In this document: positions 27,510 to 35,259 of the stretch, in pieces
Layout: each line of letters opens with the position of its first letter
Position numbering within the stretch: position 1 is the first letter of the stretch
Virus record (IMG/VR): IMGVR_UViG_3300039216_000106
Location: 1-64,000 of that record
Length of the DNA: 64,000 nucleotides
Direction: 5' to 3' (one strand)
From: a virus
Notes under the pieces: model-generated
The model's database searches: none
What the model was told of the DNA's origin: nothing
What the model saw: the letters and a program-made list of their open reading frames with translations, nothing else
Made by a program: the position numbers and the translations under genes

Positions 27510-27697
27510 TTCACTTCCGCCCCGTCCGCCCCGATCCAAGAACCGCCATCGAGCGCATAGCGCAGCGGCGTAAGGTGGAGATTAACGAGGCGTTACGCGA
27601 GGCGGTCGAGGAAGATCGAAAACTGAAGCATGAGCGCGCACTGCTAGAAGCATTTGGCGGCAGGCGTGAAAATGAACCTTGGTACATAGGAGAATAG
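27506..27697 (+). CDS. hypothetical protein
   Basis: 63-aa charged helical ORF with an ATGA overlap. Confidence 0.4.
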   Translation: MIHFRPVRPDPRTAIERIAQRRKVEINEALREAVEEDRKLKHERALLEAFGGRRENEPWYIGE

Positions 27698-27698
27698 C

Positions 27699-27938
27699 AT
27701 GACAACAGGATTCGCCAAAGACAGGCTTCGTTCGTTTTGCGAACGGGTCGAAAGACTTGAAGAGGAAAAGAAGGCGCTTTCGGATGACATCAAAGAGGTG
27801 TTTTTCGAAGCCAAAGGCGAGGGATTTTTGGTCAAGAATCTCCGCAAGGTGATCCGCGAGCGCAAGATGGACAAAGCCGACTTCCAGGAATTTGAAGCGG
27901 TTGACGATCTGTACAAAACCGCTCTCGGTATGCGGTAA
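27699..27938 (+). CDS. gapR: GapR / DUF2312 (UPF0335) nucleoid-associated protein homologue
   Basis: LRSFCERVERLEEEKKALSDDIKEVFFEAKGEGFLVKNLRKVIRERKMDKADFQEFEAVDDLYKTALG closely matches the alphaproteobacterial DUF2312 consensus from memory. Confidence 0.75.
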   Translation: MTTGFAKDRLRSFCERVERLEEEKKALSDDIKEVFFEAKGEGFLVKNLRKVIRERKMDKADFQEFEAVDDLYKTALGMR

Positions 27939-28264
27939 TGCTACCTAAATCCAGCAAGTATCGCGCCATCAAAACCGAAGTTGACGGCATCGTCTTCCCA
28001 AGCAAAAAGGAGGCGAAGCGCTACGGCGAGTTGAAGCTTTTGCAGCGCGCCGGTCGGATCGAAGGTCTGACGTGCCAGCCGAAATACGAGCTTGTCGTGA
28101 ACGGCAAGAAGGTCGGGCGCTACACGGCTGATTTTTCTTACTTCGACCGCGACGTGCGGAAGATGGTTGCGGAAGAGGTCAAGGGCTACCACGTCCGCGA
28201 CTACGCTCTGCGCCGCAACGTGTTTCGTGCGCTCAACCCAGACATCGAACACCGGGAAATATAG
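27938..28264 (+). CDS. DUF1064 endonuclease-fold protein
   Basis: SKYRAIKTEVDGIVFPSKKEAKRYGELKLLQRAGRI..L..QPKYEL...YTADFSY...EEVKG is the typical DUF1064 pattern. Confidence 0.7.
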   Translation: MLPKSSKYRAIKTEVDGIVFPSKKEAKRYGELKLLQRAGRIEGLTCQPKYELVVNGKKVGRYTADFSYFDRDVRKMVAEEVKGYHVRDYALRRNVFRALNPDIEHREI

Positions 28265-28265
28265 A

Positions 28266-28556
28266 ATGGCAACGCCGTGGGGAATTATCCCGTCTGCAAA
28301 GGTTTGGATACGTGTCGCGTCCGAAGAGGCTGTGGCGGCTGGGCTTGACCCGGTGCGGCTCATGGCAGGCGACAAGGCGCGGCCTTATGTGAAGGCGCGC
28401 TGGCGGGCATGGGCGCGGCTGAGAGAAGAAAACCCACGTTACTCGTTAATCGGCATCGGTCGCCGCACCGGCCACGATCACAGCAGCGTCAGATATGGCC
28501 TATTACGGCTACGTGGTTTCAGTTCAGACCAAGTCAAGCGGAGCGCGTTGGCGTGA
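28266..28556 (+). CDS. DnaA domain IV-like HTH protein
   Basis: 96 aa. ARPYVKARWRAWARLREENPRYSLIGIGRRTGHDHSSVRYGL resembles the DnaA C-terminal DNA-binding motif. Confidence 0.5.
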   Translation: MATPWGIIPSAKVWIRVASEEAVAAGLDPVRLMAGDKARPYVKARWRAWARLREENPRYSLIGIGRRTGHDHSSVRYGLLRLRGFSSDQVKRSALA

Positions 28557-29950
28557 ACGAATATCAAAAGTTTCTCGCACACAAAGCGCAACTCGGTTCC
28601 AATGATGGGTTTAAGCCTATCGTAATGCCGTCGTTTTTGTTCAACTTTCAACAAGCACTAGTCGAGTGGGCTATCCACAAGGGACGTGGCGCCATCTTTG
28701 CCGACTGCGGCATGGGCAAGACGCCGATGCAATTGGTATGGGCTGAAAACGTCGTTCGCAAGACGAATAAGCCTGTGTTGATCTTGACGCCGCTGGCCGT
28801 CGCACAACAGACCTGCAGAGAGGCGAAGAAATTCGACATTGAGGCTCATGTTTCGCAAGACGGAACAGTACATCCCGGCATCAACATCGTAAATTATGAG
28901 CGCCTACACTACTTTGACCAATCCGTTTTTGCTGGCGCCGTATGTGACGAAAGTGCCATTCTCAAATCGTTTGACGGCGCGAGGCGGCAAGAGATAACCG
29001 AATTCATGCGGCGGATGCGGTATCGTCTTCTTTGCACGGCAACGCCATCACCGAACGAATACATCGAGTTGGGAACGAGTAGCGAGGCTCTTGGCTATCT
29101 CGGTTACATGGATATGTTGAGCCGGTTTTTCAAAAACGACCAAGGCAATTCGATCAAGGCTCACATCATCCGGCACAAAGGGAAGTCTTTCCGGGCGTTG
29201 GATGAGGGGGCAAAATGGCGCTTCAAGGGGCACGCCGAAGGTCCGTTCTGGAAATGGGTTTGCTCGTGGGCGCGCGCCATTCGCAAGCCTTCCGACCTCG
29301 GATTTGATGACGGCGCATTTATTCTCCCGCCGCTGATCGAACGTCAGCACATGGTTGACGCACAATCGCTTCCTGACGGAACTCTGTTTGCGCTTCCCGC
29401 TGTTGGCTTACAAGAGCAACGTGAGGAGCGGCGGCGCACCATTCAAGAGCGATGTGAAAAGGCCGCGTCCCTGGTCAATAAAACCGGGCGGCCGGCGACT
29501 GTGTGGTGCAGCTTGAACGACGAAGGAAATCTGCTCGAGAAGTTGATCCCGGATTGCGTACAGGTGAGCGGCGCCGATAGCGACGACGCGAAAGAGGTGA
29601 AGTTTCTGGCCTTTGTCGATGGTAGCGCGCGGGTACTGGTAACGAAGGAAAAAATCGGTGCATGGGGGCTGAACTTCCAGCACTGCGCACATTCCGTCTC
29701 GTTCCCAACCCACTCGTTTGAAGGATACTACCAAGGCATTCGGCGCTTCTGGCGCTTCGGACAGAAAAACCCCGTCAGATCCGATATTGTTGCGACCGAA
29801 GGAGAAAAAAACGTGCTGGATAATTTGCAGCGCAAATCAAAGGCTGCGGACAAGATGTTTGCGGGGCTTATCGCATACATGAACGAAGCCCAGGGCGTTG
29901 ACCGCAGCGTTAAATTCACCAAGAAAGAGGAGTTTCCGTCGTGGCTATAG
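28553..29950 (+). CDS. SNF2/DEAD-like superfamily 2 helicase
   Basis: GTG at 28553 (GTGA overlap). ADCGMGKTPMQL Walker A, LLCTATPSPNEY, and a helicase-C region ending QGIRRFWRFGQ. Confidence 0.75.
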   Translation: MNEYQKFLAHKAQLGSNDGFKPIVMPSFLFNFQQALVEWAIHKGRGAIFADCGMGKTPMQLVWAENVVRKTNKPVLILTPLAVAQQTCREAKKFDIEAHVSQDGTVHPGINIVNYERLHYFDQSVFAGAVCDESAILKSFDGARRQEITEFMRRMRYRLLCTATPSPNEYIELGTSSEALGYLGYMDMLSRFFKNDQGNSIKAHIIRHKGKSFRALDEGAKWRFKGHAEGPFWKWVCSWARAIRKPSDLGFDDGAFILPPLIERQHMVDAQSLPDGTLFALPAVGLQEQREERRRTIQERCEKAASLVNKTGRPATVWCSLNDEGNLLEKLIPDCVQVSGADSDDAKEVKFLAFVDGSARVLVTKEKIGAWGLNFQHCAHSVSFPTHSFEGYYQGIRRFWRFGQKNPVRSDIVATEGEKNVLDNLQRKSKAADKMFAGLIAYMNEAQGVDRSVKFTKKEEFPSWL

Positions 29951-30939
29951 CGAACAGCGACATCACAAATCGGTGGGCCATCTATAACGGTGATTGCATC
30001 GAGGTTATGCAGAAAATGCCAGCGGAAAAAATACACCTGTCGGTCTATTCTCCGCCATTCGGCGGCTTGTTCCAATATTCAAGCTCTGACCGTGACCTGT
30101 CAAACTGCCTGGACTACGACAAGTTTTTTGAGCATTACGCCTTTGTCGTTCGTGAGTTGGCGCGACTGACTTTGCCGGGGCGTATGACGGCGGTTCACTG
30201 CATGGACGTTCCATCCGGCAACACTGGAACAGATTACCTTGTCGATTTCCCCGGTGACATCATCCGTCTACACCAAAAAGAGGGGTGGAATTTCGTCGCC
30301 CGTTACGCCGTGTGGAAGGAACCTCTTGCGGTGCGCAATCGCACAATGGCAAAAAACTTGGCCCACCGATCCTTGGTCGAAGATAGCTCGAGGTGCAGTG
30401 TAGCATCCGCCGACTATTTGCTCGTGTTCCGGCGCAAGGGAAAAAATCCAATCCCCATCACGCACCCCACCGGATTGATGGAATACGCAGGCGAGCGGCG
30501 CCCACCAAACGACGTTCTGCAATGGCGAGGCCATACGGGAAACCAGATCGAAAACCGTTTCTCACATTGGATTTGGCGACAATACGCTTCGGCGTTCTGG
30601 GATGACATCCGCATCGGTCGCGTGCTGCCGTTCCGGGATTCTAAGGATGAGATGGACGAAAAGCACGTCCACCCGTTACAGCTTGACGTGATCGATCGCG
30701 TCCTTGTCCTTTGGAGCAACCCCGGTGAAACTGTGTTCACGCCTTTTATGGGTGTCGGTTCCGAGGTCTATTCTGCCGTCAGGAACGGCCGGAAGGCGCT
30801 TGGCGTCGAATTGAAAGCAAGCTATTACGAACAGGCTGTTCGCAACATGCGCGCCGTTGATGTTCCAGAGGCAGACCAATCGATATTCGAGTTTGCGGAA
30901 GACAAACCGATGGACGAAGAACTTGAAATAAAACCGTGA
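29941..30939 (+). CDS. beta-class DNA methyltransferase (N4-C or N6-A), SPPF motif
   Basis: Motif IV VYSPPFGG lies N-terminal, and AdoMet motif I FTPFMGVGSEVYSA lies C-terminal (N6_N4_Mtase architecture). It overlaps the helicase gene by 10 nt. Confidence 0.8.
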   Translation: MAIANSDITNRWAIYNGDCIEVMQKMPAEKIHLSVYSPPFGGLFQYSSSDRDLSNCLDYDKFFEHYAFVVRELARLTLPGRMTAVHCMDVPSGNTGTDYLVDFPGDIIRLHQKEGWNFVARYAVWKEPLAVRNRTMAKNLAHRSLVEDSSRCSVASADYLLVFRRKGKNPIPITHPTGLMEYAGERRPPNDVLQWRGHTGNQIENRFSHWIWRQYASAFWDDIRIGRVLPFRDSKDEMDEKHVHPLQLDVIDRVLVLWSNPGETVFTPFMGVGSEVYSAVRNGRKALGVELKASYYEQAVRNMRAVDVPEADQSIFEFAEDKPMDEELEIKP

Positions 30940-31193
30940 CCACGAACCGCCGCCAGCACATAGCCGAGAAGATCGGCAAAGAGGTAACGGGGTTACGCGG
31001 GGCGCTGTTTGTGCATGTCGATTATCTGGAGGTTGGCGGCCGGCGCCAGGTTGTCGATGTCCGGGTAAGTGAAAAGCGGAAGGACGGCAGCACCATGGAC
31101 ATCGTTTTGAACGCGGTGAGCGACACGATCACGCGCATCATCCGGGAGGAAATCAACCCGTCGAATGTGGTCAAGATTGAGGTTAAGCCATGA
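30936..31193 (+). CDS. hypothetical protein
   Basis: 85-aa ORF with ATGA overlaps at both ends. Confidence 0.45.
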   Translation: MTTNRRQHIAEKIGKEVTGLRGALFVHVDYLEVGGRRQVVDVRVSEKRKDGSTMDIVLNAVSDTITRIIREEINPSNVVKIEVKP

Positions 31194-31633
31194 GCCCACG
31201 CAATACAATCTGGGGTGAGGCTCAAGTCTCAACCCTGACGATATTCTGGCCGCACGCCAGCGCGGTTGAAATTGCCGGGATGCTAGGGCCGCAGTTTACC
31301 AAAAACGCGGTGATTGGGAAGGCGTTCCGGCTTGGCCTGCCAAAAATACCGGCCGCCGAGCGCCAGCGGAGGACATCCGAGGGTAGGAAGTCCGATCGGC
31401 CGGCCGATGAAACGCCGTGCGACGAACCAGATCCCCAACAACCCGCCGCGACGGTAACCTACCAGGGCCGCGAAATGCCCGTCTCAGAAGCCCACAGGCT
31501 ATCAGGCACGGCAATTGCTCTGTCGGTGGTAAAGCAGCGGCTTGGCATGGGGTGGCCACTCATGCGGGCGCTGACGCACGGATTGGGGTGTCGGAAGGGT
31601 AGTTGCTCGGTTCGGCCGTTGGTGCGGGACTAG
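31190..31633 (+). CDS. gcrA: GcrA-like protein (N-terminal DNA-binding domain conserved)
   Basis: WGEAQVSTLTIFWPHASAVEIAGMLGPQFTKNAVIGKAFRLGLPK matches the GcrA N-terminal signature. The C-terminal part is divergent. Confidence 0.65.
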   Translation: MSPRNTIWGEAQVSTLTIFWPHASAVEIAGMLGPQFTKNAVIGKAFRLGLPKIPAAERQRRTSEGRKSDRPADETPCDEPDPQQPAATVTYQGREMPVSEAHRLSGTAIALSVVKQRLGMGWPLMRALTHGLGCRKGSCSVRPLVRD

Positions 31634-31848
31634 CGGCAGTTTCCGAGCGCGCCAAGGTGGCCAAGGCCGATACCGCCGATTGATCCGGTCAACATGCCAA
31701 TAAGGACGATCACAACGATCACCGCAAAAATGACCCGCACGACCATTCCGAACGGCGCCGGTAGCGGGATTGTTGAGATTGCCCACCAGATGACGGCAAA
31801 GATCAGCCCGACGATCAGCAATGTTACAAGCAGCGGTACGAGTGCCAT
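31630..31848 (-). CDS. small integral membrane protein
   Basis: 72 aa from the ATG at 31848, with two or three hydrophobic helices. It is convergent with the GcrA-like gene. Confidence 0.45.
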   Translation of the reverse strand: MALVPLLVTLLIVGLIFAVIWWAISTIPLPAPFGMVVRVIFAVIVVIVLIGMLTGSIGGIGLGHLGALGNCR

Positions 31849-31947
31849 GGGTGTGTACCTATGATTTCGTCGGCAGGCTATGCCAGGCGTCGGCCGCATA
31901 GCGACGGTTGTTGAGACGAAGGAGGTGTTAGGTCGGGTTGCTGGTTC

Positions 31948-31988
31948 ACTCCCGTGACTCGGCCCGACCGGCACCCACTCACGGGAGT
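31948..31988. other. perfect 10-bp inverted repeat at the boundary of a low-GC HNH island
   Basis: ACTCCCGTGA (31948-31957) pairs with TCACGGGAGT (31979-31988) around a 21-nt loop. Confidence 0.35.
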
Positions 31989-32001
31989 AATCAACAGAGC
32001 T

Positions 32002-32550
32002 ATGAGAAAACACATCGGCTGTCTCAATGATGAGGCTATTCGAGCGTTAGCTTTTGCTACGGTTGTCAGTCATCTCAAAAAAATAGGCTTTATTTCTAAG
32101 GAAAAAACCACTCCTTATGAGGTTTGCGAGGCCATATATCGACAACTTGGATGGAATTTACCGTCCATCAAACGTCATTGTAATCGTATAATCATACGAT
32201 ATTTGATGCAGGTTATTCCTCATGAAAGCCGGAAAATAGTAAAGACGTTAACAATCCTTCCTGAAATAAGAACCGTATCGGCTCCAAAACAAGATAGCTT
32301 CTACGCGACAGTGGAGTGGAGGCGCCTCCGCTATAGGGTATTCAAGGAGCGCGGGGCAAAATGCGAACTCTGCCAACAGACTGACGGTCCACTGCATGTA
32401 GATCACATAAAACCCAGATCGCGGTTCCCAGAACTGGCACTCAACGAAGATAACCTCCAGATTCTGTGCGAGGAATGTAATTTAGGCAAAGGAACTTGGG
32501 ACCAGACAGATTGGCGGCAAGAATCTAAAAACAAAGAGGCGCGCGAGTGA
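32002..32550 (+). CDS. free-standing HNH endonuclease (homing-endonuclease-like)
   Basis: CELCQ...LHVDHIKPRSRFPELALNEDNLQILCEECNLGKG. The region is markedly AT-richer than its flanks by eye. Confidence 0.7.
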   Translation: MRKHIGCLNDEAIRALAFATVVSHLKKIGFISKEKTTPYEVCEAIYRQLGWNLPSIKRHCNRIIIRYLMQVIPHESRKIVKTLTILPEIRTVSAPKQDSFYATVEWRRLRYRVFKERGAKCELCQQTDGPLHVDHIKPRSRFPELALNEDNLQILCEECNLGKGTWDQTDWRQESKNKEARE

Positions 32551-33554
32551 TGGCCGATCCGCTAACGCCTCCGGGGTGTGATCTTCGGGATTACCCGTAC
32601 CTCGGGATTGATATTGCGCGACTATTCGATTCTGAGTTTCATGCCAAAGCGACCGACGCCGAATGGCGCGCTGGTGTCACTCTTTGGCTTAAGAGTTTTC
32701 ACCAAGTCCCTGCCGCATCTCTTCCCGACGATGACGCATCGCTGGCACGCCTAGCCGAATTTGCAAGAGACGTAAAGTCTTGGCGCAAAGTGAAGGATAT
32801 GGCGTTGTACGGATGGCAGAAGGCTTCTGACGGCAGACTATACCACCCTGTCGTAGCGGGAAAGGCGCTAGAGGGATGGGTTGAAAAACTTCGCCAACGA
32901 AAAAGCAGTGCCGCTGGCAACGCGAAGCGTTATGACACTGAATACGATCCACAGCCATTTGACGACGCAATATCGGCCGCCGTGGTGATGCTGGCGACGC
33001 TTTCTCCGCACTCCCGACTACTACGCAGCCGCGCTCCCACCGGGACACCCACCGGGAATTCCGAAGTCATCCCGCCGGGGTCCCAAGAGAAGGGAAGGGA
33101 AGATAAGGAAAGGAAAGTAGAAGCAGCAACACCCGTAAACCCGAATCTTACAACAGAAGAAAGTAACTTTGTTGTTGTTGATTTTAAGAAAGACGGGACG
33201 GGCAGGGATTACGAGCCGGGGACGGTGACAATTGAAAACCCGCTCGAAAGAGTGAGTATTTTTCAAAGAAAACTTTCAGCATTTATGGGGCACAAGGGAT
33301 ATGAAGTTGTTACAGCATCGATGAATTTGGACGATCCTACCCGAGATTACGCTTACGGAATTTGCAAAGAAAACGCTTTGAAGATGGGGGCGAAGGGGAT
33401 GCCGATCGAGTGGCCAAGGCTACATTTGGGAAATCCAAAAAACGCGCACGACGTTCTTAAGGCTGCGGCCGAAAAAATGCGCGCAAGAAATTCTAAACCG
33501 GTCGCCCGCCGTCTAGGCGCCGCGTCGCTGGAAACTACGAGGAGTAGCACATGA
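32547..33554 (+). CDS. DUF1376 (YdaU-like) replication-associated protein
   Basis: The N-terminal LFDSEFHAKATDAEWRAGVTLWLKSFHQVPAASLPDDDASLARLA fits the DUF1376 pattern. The central region is low-complexity and purine-rich. Confidence 0.6.
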   Translation: MMADPLTPPGCDLRDYPYLGIDIARLFDSEFHAKATDAEWRAGVTLWLKSFHQVPAASLPDDDASLARLAEFARDVKSWRKVKDMALYGWQKASDGRLYHPVVAGKALEGWVEKLRQRKSSAAGNAKRYDTEYDPQPFDDAISAAVVMLATLSPHSRLLRSRAPTGTPTGNSEVIPPGSQEKGREDKERKVEAATPVNPNLTTEESNFVVVDFKKDGTGRDYEPGTVTIENPLERVSIFQRKLSAFMGHKGYEVVTASMNLDDPTRDYAYGICKENALKMGAKGMPIEWPRLHLGNPKNAHDVLKAAAEKMRARNSKPVARRLGAASLETTRSST

Positions 33555-33772
33555 CTGACCGCGAAGAAAAACTTGAAGCCGCACTTCGCGAAATCGACCA
33601 ATGGGCGAAAGCATATCCGCTAGAGATGTTTCCAGAAGTTGATTTGGTGGAGGCTCAAGCCGTCCTTGAACACGCCAACATCAGCATGGGCGCAATGCAT
33701 GCAAAATGGGCGCGCCATATCGTATCCGGTATTGGATCGATTGCGGCCGCCGCGTTGGAAACAGGAAAATAG
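33551..33772 (+). CDS. hypothetical protein
   Basis: 73-aa ORF with an ATGA overlap. Confidence 0.45.
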   Translation: MTDREEKLEAALREIDQWAKAYPLEMFPEVDLVEAQAVLEHANISMGAMHAKWARHIVSGIGSIAAAALETGK

Positions 33773-33776
33773 GGCG

Positions 33777-34019
33777 ATGGTCATTCCTGACAAAGACCTG
33801 AAGATAGAAATCACGGAAGATCGCCCGAACGGGATGCACACCAGCCCAAATCCGTACTGGATTACGATAACGCACATTCCGTCAATGGCATGTGTACGGG
33901 CATATTCCGGCGAAGCGCGTAGCCAGAACAAGGTGAAAGAGGCGGCCTTACTGTGCCTTGAAATGCTGGTGGATTATTGCGGCGGAGAGTGCGGCTATCC
34001 TGAGAGATTGAAGCCATGA
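33777..34019 (+). CDS. release-factor (RF-1 domain)-like protein lacking the GGQ motif
   Basis: DLKIEITEDRPNGMHTSPNPYWITITHIPSMACVRAYSGEARSQNKVKEAALLCLEML aligns by eye to dl.ie..RasGaGGQhvNk..savritH.PtGi.v.cq.eRSQ..Nk..A...L. GGQ is replaced. Confidence 0.45.
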   Translation: MVIPDKDLKIEITEDRPNGMHTSPNPYWITITHIPSMACVRAYSGEARSQNKVKEAALLCLEMLVDYCGGECGYPERLKP

Positions 34020-34840
34020 GCGATCTTCTAACGCCAAAAGAGCCGAGACGGAGCTACACGGCTGAGGATGTCAAATCGGCGCTGCGCGATCACTACCCGG
34101 CAGCTGAATACGGCATGGCGTTTGAGGTCGCGCAAGGGACTGGATTTGCGGCGCACCGTCACCTCGACGTGCTGGTTATGAGCCTATGGCCTTCGCGCGG
34201 GCTGACCATCATCGGCATTGAGGTCAAGATTTCACGAGGCGATTGGCGGCGTGAAAAGTCCAATCCTCAGAAGGCGGAAGAGTTGGCGCGCTTCTGTGAC
34301 TATTTTTTCGTGGCGGCGCCGAAGGATGTAATACCGGTCGCTGAAGTACCGGAGGGGTGGGGACTGCTAGAGGTCTGTGGCGAGAAAATCAGACAGGCTA
34401 AAGCCGCGGCAAAACACCAAGCCGAGCCTATCGGGCGACCGTTTGTAGCATCGCTATTCCGATCCGCATCGCGGCCGGCCGACAAAGACGACGCAATCAA
34501 AACTCGGAAGATCGATGAACGGCTGCGCAAGGAATACGACGAACGTGCCAAGCGTGATCTTGTGACGAGGGAGCGCGGCGCCATCGCAGATGCGGAGAAG
34601 TGGCGCGAGTTGGTTTCAGGGCTGGGGCAAACCTATATCGACGTAGCGAGTGTGAAGTCAGCGCTCGCATTGGTGTATAAATCCGGCATCGTTGGGCCAT
34701 ACAATATCGTCGAAAATCTTCGCAACACGCTTGCGTATATGCTCAAGTGCGCCGACGATGCAATGGCAGCGTTCAAGGCAACGGACGATGTTCCTGCCGC
34801 GCCAGGAACACAGGGGAGACAGGATGTCACCAAAACTTGA
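34016..34840 (+). CDS. MmcB-like PD-(D/E)XK nuclease domain protein with C-terminal extension
   Basis: HRHLDVLVMS...IIGIEVKISRGDWRRE....FCDYFFVAAP...PEGWGLLEV matches the MmcB/DUF1052-type pattern from memory. Confidence 0.55.
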   Translation: MSDLLTPKEPRRSYTAEDVKSALRDHYPAAEYGMAFEVAQGTGFAAHRHLDVLVMSLWPSRGLTIIGIEVKISRGDWRREKSNPQKAEELARFCDYFFVAAPKDVIPVAEVPEGWGLLEVCGEKIRQAKAAAKHQAEPIGRPFVASLFRSASRPADKDDAIKTRKIDERLRKEYDERAKRDLVTRERGAIADAEKWRELVSGLGQTYIDVASVKSALALVYKSGIVGPYNIVENLRNTLAYMLKCADDAMAAFKATDDVPAAPGTQGRQDVTKT

Positions 34841-34997
34841 ACTGGCCCTAGAAGTCCTCGACATGGCCCACGCCGAGCAGCGCAAGGCTGGACGGTCTAC
34901 CGGTGCCAACGTCGATTACCACATGAGAGAGGCGCAGATTTTGCGTGATCGGTCGCGGCGGCTTGCCGCTGAGGCGCACAAGGCTGACGGAGGGTGA
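34824..34997 (+). CDS. possible small protein
   Basis: 57 aa from the ATG at 34824, preceded by GGGGAGACAGG. It overlaps the upstream gene by 17 nt. Confidence 0.3.
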   Translation: MSPKLELALEVLDMAHAEQRKAGRSTGANVDYHMREAQILRDRSRRLAAEAHKADGG

Positions 34998-35013
34998 TCG
35001 TCGCACTCCCTTT

Positions 35014-35241
35014 CTATCTAGGCATTCCAAATTCTGCGTCATCCGCACCGAGCGGTTTGTTGCGTCCGTCATCATCAAACGGAATTCCTGCGATGTCAGC
35101 AGCAGCGACGAATAGATGTGACGCGAATAGTCCGCTCATGTCGTGAAGCTCAACCATGCCGTCGTCGGCCACCAGAACTATTCTATGGACAGGGCCGCCG
35201 TTTTGCTCGTGTGCAAAGCGAACAAGAGTTCCTATTTTCAC
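35014..35241 (-). CDS. hypothetical protein
   Basis: 75-aa ORF, last gene of the minus-strand cluster. Confidence 0.4.
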   Translation of the reverse strand: MKIGTLVRFAHEQNGGPVHRIVLVADDGMVELHDMSGLFASHLFVAAADIAGIPFDDDGRNKPLGADDAEFGMPR

Positions 35242-35259
35242 GTCGGTTTCCCTTCCTAA

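Noticed and set aside
28409-28552. Long 5' extension of the helicase ORF in the track (start 28409)
   Set aside because: It overlaps the DnaA-C-like gene in another frame and translates to Arg/Pro/Gln-rich sequence. The GTG at 28553 gives a GTGA-coupled start just before the conserved helicase N-terminus.
30936-31193. TSCPD-domain (ribonucleotide-reductase-associated) assignment for the 85-aa protein
   Set aside because: The overall beta-alpha feel is similar, but the diagnostic Cys-containing TSCPD motif is absent. It is left as hypothetical.
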